A stretch of 63,992 nucleotides of DNA, counting the filler, from Circinaria calcarea (taxonomy: Eukaryota), in NCBI GenBank assembly GCA_051942165.1. It is 5 parts of 5 records of this genome, joined end to end, with 100 filler letters (N's around TTAATTAATTAA, not from the genome) between each part and the next. Parts side by side here need not be neighbours in the genome. Positions count along the whole stretch, not along the records: positions 1 to 13,114 come from JAVECS010000524.1; positions 13,215 to 26,306 come from JAVECS010000525.1; 3 more parts are not named here. One strand, given 5' to 3'. The first letter of the stretch is position 1, and every line of letters starts with the position of its first letter. The notes beneath the pieces are model-generated. The model did no database searches and had not been told where the DNA came from. It saw only the letters and a list, made by a program, of their open reading frames with translations. Shown here one piece after another: positions 11,569 to 24,488 of the stretch. A program made the position numbers and the translations under genes.

Positions 11569-13114
11569 CTCGGGGACTTAGGTAGCTGCAAAGCTAGTCA
11601 ATCGAGCTCAACAGGATCAAGCTCAGCAGGATCAAGCTCGGGGTAAAAACATTGAGAATCATCAAACTCTCACTACGACCCACTCTCGTCGACCAGGGTG
11701 AATTAAGCCTTCTTACCATGTGGTCTCTGCTATGGTGTGCTCATCGATCATGGTAAGTTCCTTGTGCTACAGTATAGGACGGTTTCTCTAGACTAACCCC
11801 CACTGAATTGCCAGGGCGCACTTGTGGCTGCTGAACGAACCCTTTCGGAGTCATTATCGTGGACTAGCATATCAGATAAACCTTAGGGTAGTGCTATACT
11901 TGGCTAGACGCGGTTGTGGCTGAGACACGATAGCGGTTTGGGCGCCATGGAAACGGATTCCAAAAAGTCTTTGATTGAATCAAGTTGTTGGTAGATAAAC
12001 GTTAAGAGATTGGTAGACCTCTTTCCCAGATCTCTTCCGTGAATCACAAGGCATCTGATTGAGTCGGACTACCGACATCACCGATCCTTCATTCTTCAAT
12101 GGTGATTCCACTTATTTACTACGAGCCGATCACCTTGACAAACCTGCCGAAGCATATCGTTGATTATCGACTCGCCGACTAATCATTAAACCCCTTGCTC
12201 TCAGGGAGACTATTTCTTCGACAATCACTTCACCCGCCTAAGAAAAACCCAATTGTTCTTGGCTCCTTAAAATCTCTTCCCCTGTGTCTTCTTATGAAAG
12301 ATGCATGGCTGCTGGCTCATTCCATCACTACACAGATACTGAAAAGTACCATGTATCCCCTGTTTGTCTGGGTTATGACCAATCAATACGAATATGCAAA
12401 GCCCTTCCCCCCCGTTCCCAAACGCCTTTCACCAAACTTATTCAACCCTTGGGTTTTTTACCCATTGCAGCTTCTCTATCTTGCTGTTCTCCTCGCATAC
12501 TATCCGTTCAATGCGTATACCCATCTCCTCTTCCCTGCTTTCACTCTAGGGGACCCTAACTTTTTCACTGTCTTGTCTTGGAAACCGCCCCCCCCCCCCG
12601 GGAGACCCAGCGCAGTGCTCACGTCCGTCGTAGTTGCTGAGGCATCCTGTACCCATCAAGCGGCGTTTAACGAGAAAGCCAAAAGTTACAGAATTTCAGC
12701 TTCTTAGCCACCAGGTCCCATTCGAGTTCAACCGCAAACGCACAACCAGGGCGCGGTTTTTGTAAGGCGATAGGAAGAGTTAGTAAGCGGGTGAGTTGGA
12801 GGTGCTTATCAAAAGGATTCTCAAATCCCCTGAATAGAAACGCGATTACGAATCTTCCCCCCTCCCCCCCCCGTTCGATCGCGAACACGTCGGTTACCTT
12901 TAGCTTTTCGTGCCAGGGCATGGATGATTTGAATTGTTTGAAAGTTCCATATATGGGACTGGACGCAATGATGAAAATCGAACAGGAGATAACTAGGCGT
13001 CGTGACGAATGTGGAGTTGGTGTTTGAGCTGTTGGGGATGGGGAAAGTGGGGGTGTGCATTTTGGTACACCACAAGTCCCTCCCCGCAATAACCCCCCCC
13101 CCTCTCTCTCGGCT

Positions 13115-13214
13115 NNNNNNNNNNNNNNNNNNNNNNNNNNNNNNNNNNNNNNNNNNNNTTAATTAATTAANNNNNNNNNNNNNNNNNNNNNNNNNNNNNN
13201 NNNNNNNNNNNNNN
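13115..13214. other. Artificial contig spacer
   Basis: 44 N + TTAATTAATTAA (stops in all six frames) + 44 N. Confidence 0.99.
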
Positions 13215-13267
13215 ACTTGGAACCCCGAAGCCATCGCGTTGCCCTTGCATCTCTCTTCCGAGCGAAT

Positions 13268-13682
13268 TTAGGCAGTACCGAGGATATTAGACTCGTAAAT
13301 GGCACTCGTCTTGCCAGTATTGCTGTTCTCGATCTGACGCGTGTATTTCAAGTCAGCTATGTCTGCTGCAAGACAATATGGCGCCGGCTTCTCACCTCAT
13401 ATCGGGGGTTGTCTTCGCTGGCCTGCACGTTGCGGTCGGTCATGGTGGTGGGCTCAGTGGCGACTTCTTTAATCACACCGGTGCTCTCGGAGGAGTTGGA
13501 ATCGGGACCTAGTATACCAGAAAGCTATTAGCTGAGTTGTGGAGGAAAATGAAAACCGATAATGAGATGCGGCGATGTTGGTTTTGACGCTGGATGTTTG
13601 GGAAAGGAGACAGAGGGGAAAGAGGGTCCGTACCACCAACGGGCTTGTAACGCACAGTCTGGCCAACCTTGTATTGAGGCAT
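13268..13682 (-). CDS. Hva1/TUDOR-like (DUF2945-type) microprotein, 75 aa, 3 exons
   Basis: Exons 13682-13634, 13508-13396 and 13333-13268 give MPQYKVGQTVRYKPVGGPDSNSSESTGVIKEVATEPTTMTDRNVQASEDNPRYEIENSNTGKTSAIYESNILGTA*. The YKVGxxVxY...STGVI...ASxDxPRYEIEN..TGK pattern is typical of the hypervirulence-associated TUDOR family. Missed by the ORF track. Confidence 0.85.
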
Positions 13683-14986
13683 TGTGCTTGGTTTTGCTAG
13701 TGAAGATTGGAAGTAGTTTTAGGTGGTGTTTGGTAGATGTCAACACGTTTGATGATATATGGAGAAAGAATGTCATTGGGAACGGGAGGATCTAGGGCTT
13801 TATAAACCCATCTCTCCCTACCCCTCGCAGTCCCTGTTAGGTCATTCTTTCATCATCATCATTCACAACGATGATATCACGCCCCTCTCACGCAATCACA
13901 GGAACCCGTGTAATCTTTCCCGGTGACGAAATTCGTTGGTCTGGGTCCTATAGAGTTTGTACATCCCGTTTGCTTTGAGACCCAGTGACATCACGAAAGA
14001 GCTTGATGGAGACGAATTGGTGGGACTTCGTTCCTGGGTCCCCGGTCGGGAAGCTCTGTTCATGTCACTCCCGATATCACCGTTTGGAATCGAGATCTGC
14101 AAGGATGATGTGAGATGCTTAAAGTGCAGCAAGTGACGTTTGACGTTTCCGTACACATGTAAGACTTTGACAGCTCCCTGGAAGCTTAAAGATAACCAGA
14201 CAACAGGAGGTTGTTGGGACCAATGCATAAGAAAGATGTCATCTTCTCCTTTTTGGTGTAACAGCCCTTACACCCATTGACGAGTGGGAAGGACGGTCCG
14301 CTGCACGGGGATCTTGGATGTGCAGCCTTTTGAGGCTCTCAATGGAAACCCCCACACCCCAGGAAATGCGCGCTATTCTACCCCGCAGAGTGCCCCGCCA
14401 CGACGCCAGATTCGACCGCTACCCGAAAACGTGTTGGGATGCGGTCGGCTACCATAGGGGTGCCCTCGTTGGGAACATTGCTAGGGCTGAGCCTAACTCT
14501 TCGAATACGCTTACATTATGCTGTCATCTCAGTTTTCTAACAAAGTACATTGCGTATGCCTGTTCGGTCACATAAGCTGCATCGTGGAAAGGCTACAGTT
14601 TCCCTGTTTGGCAGCACGTAAAGGCTTACAGCTATATCTTTACAATGAGCACTCGGTGGGCCACGTGGCTCGAGCTGGAAAACGGACGAGACTTCACAGC
14701 GAGCAAGTCAAAAGTGAGGCTGCCAATGATGCATGGGGCCCTATTCTTGAAGAGCGGGGCACTGCGAAGGGTGAGAGTATTGTAAGGTCAACGAATGTGG
14801 TTACGTAAAGGGTAGGGTAGACTACTAAGAGCCGCCATGTCAGGGCTCGCTTGGTTTCGCGACATGTCTAAAACCCCCGATACTATATATCAGGCAACCC
14901 TACTTCGATATTGGCATAGTTCTAGCCGGCGCTTACTCCGGAGTAGTTGTAAAGCGGGATAACTTCGAGATTAAATGGTTCCACGC

Positions 14987-16486
14987 CTAACCGTACCAAC
15001 TTTTCCGCAGCCATTGTGCGGTCAGAGCTTGAGCATATCGTAACACGCTTACAACATATGTCCAAGTCCCAGCTTGGTAATAATTTCCCCACACGACACT
15101 CTTCAGACGAGTAATGTGGGCATATTGCAAAACCTGCTTTTCCCACTCCGGCATAGTCATCTCGCCTCTCAGGACCTCCTCCAGCAAGAGCGCGTTCAGG
15201 GCGGCTTGGTTGGTGCTGCAAGCCACGTGGGGCCGAAAGGGCACGAGTGCGTCTCCGACGAGGAGCAGCTTCCCGTCAAAAAAAGAAGCATGCGGCGGCG
15301 GCGGCGGCGAGACGTCCGCAATTGCTGAAATGAACGGTTGGCTGGTTTTATTGATGAGTTCAAGAAATGGGGGAGGGAGGACCTTTTATTGGGCGTGCTT
15401 CTCCATTAGTGTTTGGTTTTCGGAAACTCGGAAAGGGATGGGCAAGTAAGACCTTTGCGGCGTACGCTTTTTGTCTCGTCCAGACTTCCTCGCACATTTT
15501 ACCGACGAGAAGAGTATTACGGTGTCGGCGGCCTTCGCTGTCAATCATGATGTCTGCCAGTTCTTGCGAGTCATCTGCATAGTTGCAAAACCAGACAAAG
15601 TTTAGCAAACGTTTGTTTGGGGTGAGATTCCCATTTTCTCCAGGAATGGTATACCTGATAGGAATGTTAGCTGCCTCGGAGTAGTTCGTTTGCTGTAGAC
15701 AAACTTACAGTACTATATGACTTCGACTCATTGTGAAAAAGGTTCTCTCTGTTGTGAAGAGTTTCTTCGTGCTCTCAGAAATACTATGTTCATGTACGGT
15801 CCCTCGCCAAGCAACGTACCCAGCATACTTGAGTTTTGAGTTGAGTTGCATCTCTCTCTGCAATATCTGACTCCGAATGCTGGAATTCGATCCATCTGCG
15901 GCAATAACAAGATCGGCATGCAGTGTCCGCCCTCCATCGTTTACGTTGTCGAAGCTAATCTTGATATATCTATTGTTATATGCAACCTCCTTCACGGTAT
16001 TCCCTTGATCGTAGACGGCCTTACCATCCTTTATTGCTTCGGATGATATCTGGTCACAATACTCGCTCGAGAAGCCGTCAAAATTGGCCCTCAGCCGGTA
16101 GTATAAGACGTTCCAGCTTGTCATCTGCAAGGACCCACCCCAGGCCTTCTTCAATCCTAGCTCCTTGTTTAGGAGTTGTCCCCCAAGGCTGAGTACAGAG
16201 TATGATTGTTTCGAGAGATCGTGGGTGCGGAGGAACTCTTGCACACTATTCATAGCACATATGCCCGCGGCCTGCCCCTCTCGCATAGATGACAGCGTTC
16301 AAGGATACAGACGTTGTGGCCGAAACGCTTCAGGACAATGCCATGCATGAGACCGGCAAGGGAGCCGCCAATCTATCGGATTAATATCTGGTAACCGTTT
16401 TTTACACAGATGAAGGATATACTTACAATGATAATATCCAAAGGCTTAGCAGCCATATCAGCAGCTTTATCCCTGGAGCTCGTCAT
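14987..16486 (-). pseudogene. FAD-dependent monooxygenase (2,6-dihydroxypyridine hydroxylase-like) with an apparent frameshift
   Basis: ATG at 16486. Motifs IIIIGGSLAGLMHG (Rossmann), ADLVIAADGSNS, YAGYVAWRG, LLLVGDALVPFRPHVACSTNQAA. The frame shifts near 16290 (GAA CGC TGT CAT CT|ATG CGA GAG GGG CAG GCC GCG GGC) with no intron to fix it. This could be an assembly error. Confidence 0.75.
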
Positions 16487-17760
16487 GGTCGGTAAACTCT
16501 CTGAGGAACGAGTCCCTGATTAACGGGCAGAGGTATGTACGGACACGGACTATCCATCTCGCCGTCCTTTTGCATGACACGTAAGATATTACCCCTCAGT
16601 GAGTGGTCATGATCTACATTCGGCGATCAGATGGCTGCTCAACGGAAGCGGTAGTCAAAAGGGGAAGTTCTCGGGGGTACAGTCGAAATAGAGGATGGGC
16701 ATTTTGAGTTGGGAGGCATGCTCGGGATTTACGAGATGACCCTGATGCCAAAGCTTCCCCGTATGTCTCAACTGTAGAGTAATCAGGGTTCAAACTACGG
16801 CTAAGAACAAGAAGTTCTAGCCCTTGCTGTGGGTTTCATATAGGGGAGCTGGAAAAAGCTTAGTCGAGTGGCAATATGGTCGTGCGGTAAAAGTCCACCG
16901 CTGCGCGGCGAGTCTTCCTGAGCAGAATCAGGGTACAAGGTTACAGGGCCACCTGCCAATGCATAGACCGAGTATAGCCTAGAACTACCATGCTTGGTGC
17001 TATCAGCTGCTTAGCGGAAACCACCCTCGAAATGGAGAATCAGCTCCTGCCACGGCATGTTGTAGCTTGCGTCTGGCCCTTGAACGGCTGACGGGATTGG
17101 AAGCAGTGATAAGGACGCTATGCACCAATCTATCCTACACGCTACAGCGTGTCAACGCCGATCCACGAAGGTCTCGGTTGCCATCGTCCGATTCGGGGAA
17201 TCCCGTTAGCACGGTTCAGCCTGCTTGAGCGACTGTTCGAGGTGATGAGGGAAGTTGCAGATCTCACCATATCGGGGGTGCACTTCCAACCAGCATCGGG
17301 CGTATAACTTGATGAGGGCGGAGCGGGCACCTGTGGGTATCCTATTAGATGCTTTCCAATTGAGGCACAGTTCTAAGTTACTGTACTACTCGCAGTGTTC
17401 TTGGGGGATCTTGCACTGCGCACCCCAATTGAGCATCAACCCGCCTCAGTCTGCAGTCACAGATCACTCCAGTCGCACATATACGCTCCACCCAGCGTAA
17501 AAAGCCTTTCCAGAGACATAGTGTCCTGCGTCTATAAGGCAAGGAATAATGAACGAAAAAGAGCCTTGATGTTGGATGCATTCTGCCTGAAGCAGGCTGC
17601 ATAATGACGCACATATTTTTAATTCAAAATATAAAGGCCCAATAATCGACTATTTGCTGTATTATTAACATTCCTAAATCTACCTCTTGCCCAAAAGCGA
17701 AATTGATAGAAACCGAACGCTTTTGAAGCATTACAATCTCTATTGCCGATAAAATCTTTA

Positions 17761-19787
17761 ATGGATAGAAAGAATTCCTTCAATATACTTATTATGCTAC
17801 TAAGCTCGAAGCTTTATTGGGCAGCAACGGCAGGAATTATTTCCCATATCGGTTTTTTCATTCAAGGAGAACATCACGTACAAGTATTAAACAACGTCAG
17901 ATTATTTCTTTTCCTGAATTTTATTTTGTTTATTATTGAAGCAAAGCAAGAGAACGGAGATTTACACCAAGCTGTTAAAGTTACTTTCTTCAGTGTTTCT
18001 GTTTATGTCTTATCTCTTTTGGTTAGTATAGCTGTGTACCGTTTTGTATTTCACCGGTTGGGCGGATTTCCTGGGCCCTTTATGGCCAAGGTCACAAAAT
18101 TCTGGCATGTGTCCAAGGTGCTAGACTCGGGTAACTTCAGGTTGATGAGTGATTTGCACTCAGTATATGGCGACTTTGTGCGGATAGGTAAATATAATAT
18201 CGTATGTTCCCCTTTGAAGAGCCGCTCTAACATAACCCAGGTCCAAATAAGATATCCGTTTTGAGGGCTGAAGCTGTACCAGCGCTTGACGGTCCCGGTA
18301 CTAAGTGCACGAAAGCTGTATGGTATGACATATTGCTGCCAAATGTTTCTATGGCAACTACTCGGGTCAAAATATCACACGACAAAAGACGTCGAATCTG
18401 GAATCATGCATTTAACTCTTAAGGTTGATAAAGTCACCGCTGTACAAATATCCTTTGCTGATGAATTCTTAATAGCCTGAAAGGATGCGAAGCCCCGCTA
18501 CTCAATTATGCTCAACAACTTGATACGCGGATTGAAGCTTCGCTTGGAAGCGCACTCAACGTCTCCTTCTTGTTTTACCTTTACAGCTTTGATGTCATGG
18601 GGGATCTTGCCTTTGGGAAGTCGTTTGACATGCTGAAGAACGGTAAGTTTCATTTCGCGGTTCAATTATTACATGATGGTCTAGGTTGCCTTAGACCCTT
18701 TTCTCCAGTTTCGTGGCTTGTTAGGGTAGGGGTTAGCCTTCCTGGAGCTGTACCAAGCCTCAAGAAGTTATTATAATGGTCGGAGATGCAAATGCAGCGT
18801 CGTTTAAAGGTACTATCCAAAGTAGTTTATAAGATTAAACAGAAAGCTAATCTATTGTTATTATGCTTTCTTCAGAGTCAAGCGGGTAATCGCGATGTAA
18901 GTTTTCTAAAGCAATTCCTTTAAAATTGTTATTGATATTGAGTGTAGATTATGCATTACTTGATTGAAGCCTCGAGAACAAATAATACCTTAATGGAAGA
19001 TCATCATTAGCTGACTGGTGACTGCTTTGCTATTATTGTCGCGGGAGGTAAATGTGTTAATTATTTCATCGGAGAAACGTGAGCTTATAATAGCATAAAT
19101 TAGTGATACTGTTGCCTCAACCCTAATCGGGATATTTTATCATCTGGCTTTCGATCCATTACAAGCGGAAAAGCTACGTGCAGAGCTAAGAGATTTGGAA
19201 TTAATTATTGATATGAAAGCGCTACAATCACTTAATTATCTGAATGGGATAATTAATGAGTCTCTTCGCTTGCATCCCTCTCTACCAACAGGCGGCCTTC
19301 GACAAACTCCACCCGAAGGGCTGGTCATTGCAGGCCGTTATATACCAGGAAACGTTGTAGTTTCAGCCCCCAAATCCAGTATTGGTAGACGTAAGTCGGA
19401 TCCCTTCCACCCCAAAAACCCAGTCTACTTATATATAGTTGAAACATGCTTCGAGCAAGCACACGAATTTATTCCGGAGCGGTGGTATTCGAAACTTCAT
19501 ATGGTTAAGAATAGAACAGTATTTGCGCCGTTCTCTTTAGGTATAAATCTCTCGTCTAACGTTTTTTATAAAATCTGGCTTATTCTTTTCTAGGACGTCA
19601 TATGTATATTGGTAAAAACCTCGTTTTAATGCAGGTCAGAAGCGTTGTGGCTCTACTTATTACTAAATACGATATTGAATTCGCGCCAGGTGAAAACGGT
19701 ACGAGTGTCTGGACGGACTTGAAGGAACATTTCAATGCATATTCTGGAAAATTGGATTTAGTTTTCAAACCAAGATTAATAGTCTAA
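17761..19787 (+). pseudogene. Cytochrome P450 (secondary-metabolism type) inactivated by RIP-like mutations
   Basis: P450 motifs FPGP, YGDFVRIGP, SFDVMGDLAFG, IIVAGSDT, ESLRLHP, FIPERW. Premature stops TAA 18774-18776 and TAG 19008-19010. Heme motif reads FSLGRHMYIG with Tyr (TAT 19605-19607) in place of the axial Cys. Locally AT-rich. Confidence 0.88.
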
Positions 19788-20408
19788 TATCTTGCGGGGA
19801 TCGGATTTTCATCTAGCGAGTCCAATGGTTTATATATAGATTAGCTTTCTACATAACGATATTCCTTAAACGTTTTAACTCACGGTTGGATGAATCTGTA
19901 ATGGTAACTAAAAAGCCCCAACCGAATACAAGCTTTTTAATAGATGCATATCTCGGCAGCTAGTAATTATTGGTATCAACGATGTTTTGTGATGTTATAA
20001 ACTCACCCCGCTTTATCTGCCACCTTTCAAATAACTGTGCCGTAGCTGTTATTGGCCCGCCTTTTACCGGCTAGCATCTAGAGCTGGCATGCATATGCTT
20101 TCTAGGATATCTTTTGCCTCGAATGTAACCTCATAATCTAGATATGGTATAATGGGCTGTATAGATTGCCACGCCTAAATATCCAATCATGGCAGGTACC
20201 ATGAATGCATTCTGAAACCCTATATGCATGCGCCATAGAATTCAGTCTAGCTGCTAAATGCTGGGATGGCTAGCATATCGCTGGGTTTTCCGGTCCTAGA
20301 ACTGTCCCTCTTGCAAGAGTTTCTTTTTTATCATACCTCAGAATTCTTTCTGTACTCAAGCCCTTCTCGATATCGTTATCTACTCCCCGTGTGATCGAGT
20401 GTTTCTGA

Positions 20409-21726
20409 ATGGGTTTACTTCCAGCTGCCGGTAACTCCTTGGGAGTTGCTATTGTTGTAGTTGACGCTGTGCTTCTTGCTCTGGCGGCTGTGGCCCTAGT
20501 TTTGCGGGTGTGGTCAAGAAGAATTACTAATACAGCTCTTTCATTAAACGATTACGTAGCAATCCTAGCTTTGGTGCGATACTCCAATCCGCGAATGGCA
20601 AAAACTGAGCACCATAGCTAATGAGTGATAGCCCTTGACAGCTGGTGTGGCCTCTACTGCTATTATAAGTAATTTGGAGCAATATTAATTATGCTCTGGA
20701 GAACATGCTAAGCTGTCGCAGGTGCTGTGAACGGCACAGGTCGCCACAGCAAACATGTCCCTCGAGAAACTATTAGTGGCGTTAACAAGGTACGCATGTG
20801 CAGTCTATCTTTATTTCATTAATTGCGGTTACTTACTAACGGTGATAGGAATTTATGGCCGGGGGGCTTTTATGGTCCTGCGCTACCGCCGCTATCAGAA
20901 TCTCTGTTTTGGATCTTTATATCCAGATTTTCAAGAATCGGACCTTTCGACGAGTCGGATATATGGTTATGACACTCACAGCTGCGTTTTGGGTTGTCAG
21001 AGTTCTTGAAACATTCTTAGTTTGTCGTCCTTTTGCGTATACTTGGAACAAGTCTATTAGTGGCACTTGTGAGAACCAACAGGAAGAAGTTCTTTCAAGT
21101 GGTATCATTAACCTCTTTCTCGATGTTCTTGTGTTATGTCTCCCTATGCCAATGTTATGGGGTCTCCAAATGCTATTGATCAGAAAATTGGCGCTTACCT
21201 TCATATTCGGACTAGGTGCAGTGTATTTTATACTTATTTCATTTAGTCAGATAATTAATCTAATGGCTAACACTACTATAGAATTTGTGTTATCACGTTA
21301 ATCCGCATCTGGGTAATTGTAACCTACGATCCGAAAGAGTTCAACTACAGCCATGGGAAGCTTGCTCTCCTAACGGACCTCGAGCCACTTCTCGGTATCA
21401 TCAACGCTTGCTTACCTGTTATCCAGCCGATACTCAAGAAGTTATCCAAGGTCAACGTCTTTACGTGTGGTATAAGAGACTTTAGATCCTGGAAATCCTG
21501 GTCAAGCAGTCGGAAGAACCTTATATCGACGAGCTCGCAGCGCCTTGATGGCCAGACTCATTCGCTTTCGAACAAACACGAAAATTCCAACCACATTACC
21601 ACTCCTGGTAGTAAGGGTGATTCTATCTTCGACGACGTGGACGCCCAGACGCTAGACTCTCATCATGGAGTACCCTTAGCACGAATAGTCGTCAAGAGGG
21701 ACTGGGAAGTCTCGTCGGAAGTTTGA
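20409..21726 (+). CDS. PTH11-like fungal rhodopsin-domain integral membrane protein (multi-exon)
   Basis: Motifs VALVLRVWSR...LSLNDY, IRISVLDLYIQIF, CRPFAYTWNKSISGTC, DVLVLCLPMPMLWGLQM...RK..L..IFGLG, ICVITLIRI, LEPLLGIINACLP. Stop TGA at 21724-21726. Confidence 0.88.
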
Positions 21727-23567
21727 CAACTTCTTTCAAACAGCTAGTATGAAGGAGGTCATTAGTCAAGCACGTCCTGCGAGTCTATATAGACCTAAGG
21801 TATACGGATGTTCTTGGTTTCTTGTGTTGCTAATACGAGCGTCCCACAATCTGTACGATTGCAAAACGCTAAAAAAAAGCTGGGAAACTGGAGGAAGCTA
21901 GTAAAGCGGTTCTGGAAATACCATTTATCCCAGGATACATCGTTAGATTGCAAACTGGTGACCTTGCTCGTTTGACCTAGATATAACTAAAGAAGGTGAG
22001 AGTAATGGGTATGATTTGTCCCAAGGAATATGCACTCACAATATTTAGAGAGTAATTTCGAGAACTCTCCGCCACAGTGACCTACCCCCTTGATTCACCT
22101 CTGTAAGCAACAGATACGGTACTCTGATTAAGACCGGTTACCCAAACCTGGCAGCACAAACCGCCGGCTGCAAGACTGCTGTTCTAGCCCTAGCCCAGTA
22201 CGTGCCGCGATTGCGTAGCCACAAACATGACTAGAGCAGCCCCTGGGCGACGAGAAAAAGGTAGGTTGAGGAGAATCAAGCCGTAGCACTGGCGGTGGAT
22301 CGACACCACGGCGTTATCTCCTTTAGAAGATACTAGTGGAAGAAGATGAACGGCCGGAGCCTATTCCGACTAGCTCAGCCTGTTTTTCAGCAATGCAAGC
22401 AAGGCTTGGGGTGCGGCCCGTACCGCAGGGTATTTGTACAGCATATAGATAAGAAACAAAGCTATTCTATTGGTCATAAGGAAGTACTATTGCATCCTCC
22501 TCCGAAAGATCGCCTCCTGAAAGCAAGAAGCTCGAAGGCCCCTGTGGGTGCTCCCACAGCGCAAAGCTAACTAGGTACGGCACGTACCGCAGGATTTTCG
22601 TGATGATCACCATGCATGTCATTCATAAAGTCTACCTGGTCGAGAATACCCGTTCTAGAAGACTGTAAACGACGCTAGACAACGTTTTGAGCAGTTAAAG
22701 GGATGCAACCCCATTTCATGCACCCCGTGTGGGTTATCTACATCACACCTTTACAATGCCACAACCCTCAAATCCACTGTCCCTAGATTCGCTCGTTTGG
22801 GTGGGTAACATCGGGCACGGCTCAGTACGTTTTACTACAGCAAGCCGGGAAACTAGAATACCTGCTAGAACCGAGATTTCCGGCGCAATGGGATCCCTCC
22901 TTATGGTCCTTGATTGTCAGTGCCGTCTGGAGCCAGTCCATGCTTTTGTTGGAGAAGAGCCAAACCAAAAACCGCCAGACGCTTGAGTTGGTCGGGGAAG
23001 AGGCGGTAGGCGGAGGAAATAGGAAAGATATGATTTCTCTGTCCCTGGCCTTGGATTGCAGCTCGACAACGGCACGTAACGCGCCCTACGACATGTTGAG
23101 AGACAGAGGAACAAGGCATACCAGTAGCTGCTGGTTTACAGGTAGTGAATACTACAGCGAACTACGCGCACATCTTCGCCGGACATCACATCCCACGCCC
23201 GGTTTGGGTCGTCGCAACGTTGTTTTACAACAGCTGCTTGCCCGTGGCAGGGAATCTGGCCTCCTCGGTTCGAACGAGGAGTTGACTGAATGGAGATATG
23301 ATATATGAAGTGCAGATGGCATTATCAGGGAGGGAGGAGGGCTTTTGCCTATCAGTATCTTTTTTTTCCCTCGATGCTTTGCTACTCCCTGAATGGAATA
23401 GCAATACCATCTATATACCTTACCATACCGCCGTCACAGTCTCGATCACCAGCCCACTACTCTATCCGGAGAGAAAACTTGCAGGTATCCGCCTCGAAAC
23501 CCCGGTTTGTGACCCAGTCCCAGTGGGAAGAGAAACTCCAAATCCATCTCCTACCGAAATCTCCGAG

Positions 23568-24488
23568 ATGACCAGCTCTAATCTTCCCGCCAATACCTTC
23601 CCAAAGCACCTATATACCCTCTACCTCTTCACCCAGAGCGACCTCAAAACCATCATCGTCCCCTCAACCTTCTTCGGCGTCCTCAACTCCCTTACCGGCA
23701 CCCTCCTTCTCGCCACGCACTCCTCTCCGCCGACCCCCTCGTTCATCCTCCATCGCCTCCCCTTCATCCTTCTCTGGATCTGGCTCAATCTCCTCCCCTT
23801 CACAATCGACAATCAGCGCCGCGCCCACTCAATCGTCGAAGACCGCCTCAATAAGCCCTGGCGGCCCCTCCCCGCCGGGCGCCTCTCCGTCTCCCAGGCT
23901 AAGTTATTCATGCAATTATTCTATCCGCTCGCTCTAGTGGCGAGCGCCTACCTCGGAGGCTGGGGCCAATGTATCGGCCTCATGATTCTCGGGTGGTTGT
24001 ACAACGAGCGCGGCTGGGCGGATCGGAGTTGGATCGTCCGAAACGTGATTAATGCCTGTGGGTTCCTATCCTACGGCTCGGGCGCAATGGCAGTCGCGGC
24101 CAGCGTGCAATCTTCTCTGAACGCGGCAGCCTATCAGTGGTTCGCTATGCTCGGTGGCGTTATGCTGACGACGGTGCAACCGCAAGATATGCCCGATCAG
24201 GTGGGCGACCGGCAAATACCGCGCGAGACGGTCCCGCTCGCACTAGGAGACTGGCGCGCGCGGTGGACGATTGCGGTTCCGGTGGCCTTCTGGGCATGCG
24301 TCTGTCCGGCATTTTGGCGCTTGGGATTAGGTGGGTATGTGCTCCCGGTGACGGTTGGCGGTGTTGTCAGCTTTCGGGTCTTGACGAGAAGGAGCGTTGG
24401 GGGGGATAAGGTGACGTTTAGGGTTTGGAACCTTTGGATGGTTGTGCTTTATTTTTTGCCGTTGGCGAAGATGTTGGAGAGGGTTTGA
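23568..24488 (+). CDS. UbiA-family prenyltransferase / UbiA-type sesquiterpene cyclase (Fma-TC-like)
   Basis: ATG at 23568. N-terminus LYTLYLFTQSDLKT, first motif IDNQ...IVEDRLNKPWRPLPAGR, LYN, second motif QDMPDQVGD...RETVP, and multiple TM helices. Single exon. Confidence 0.85.
   Translation: MTSSNLPANTFPKHLYTLYLFTQSDLKTIIVPSTFFGVLNSLTGTLLLATHSSPPTPSFILHRLPFILLWIWLNLLPFTIDNQRRAHSIVEDRLNKPWRPLPAGRLSVSQAKLFMQLFYPLALVASAYLGGWGQCIGLMILGWLYNERGWADRSWIVRNVINACGFLSYGSGAMAVAASVQSSLNAAAYQWFAMLGGVMLTTVQPQDMPDQVGDRQIPRETVPLALGDWRARWTIAVPVAFWACVCPAFWRLGLGGYVLPVTVGGVVSFRVLTRRSVGGDKVTFRVWNLWMVVLYFLPLAKMLERV

Noticed and set aside
11604..11640. Short tandem duplication (AGCTCA.CAGGATCA x2)
   Set aside because: Only two 15-nt units in a 3' flank; no spacer structure or function evident.
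12667..13089. Minus-strand ORF with VTDVFAIERGGEGGRF, reminiscent of PARP catalytic-domain entry
   Set aside because: No downstream LLWHGS motif in any frame; low-complexity contig end.
13159..13170. TTAATTAATTAA recurring every ~13.1 kb as a biological repeat, target site or CRISPR-like array
   Set aside because: Always centred in 88 Ns; it is a standard all-frame-stop linker.
16970..16981. 12-mer GAGTATAGCCTA shared with ~31236
   Set aside because: Many 12-mer matches are expected by chance in 64 kb, and the two sites are on different contigs.
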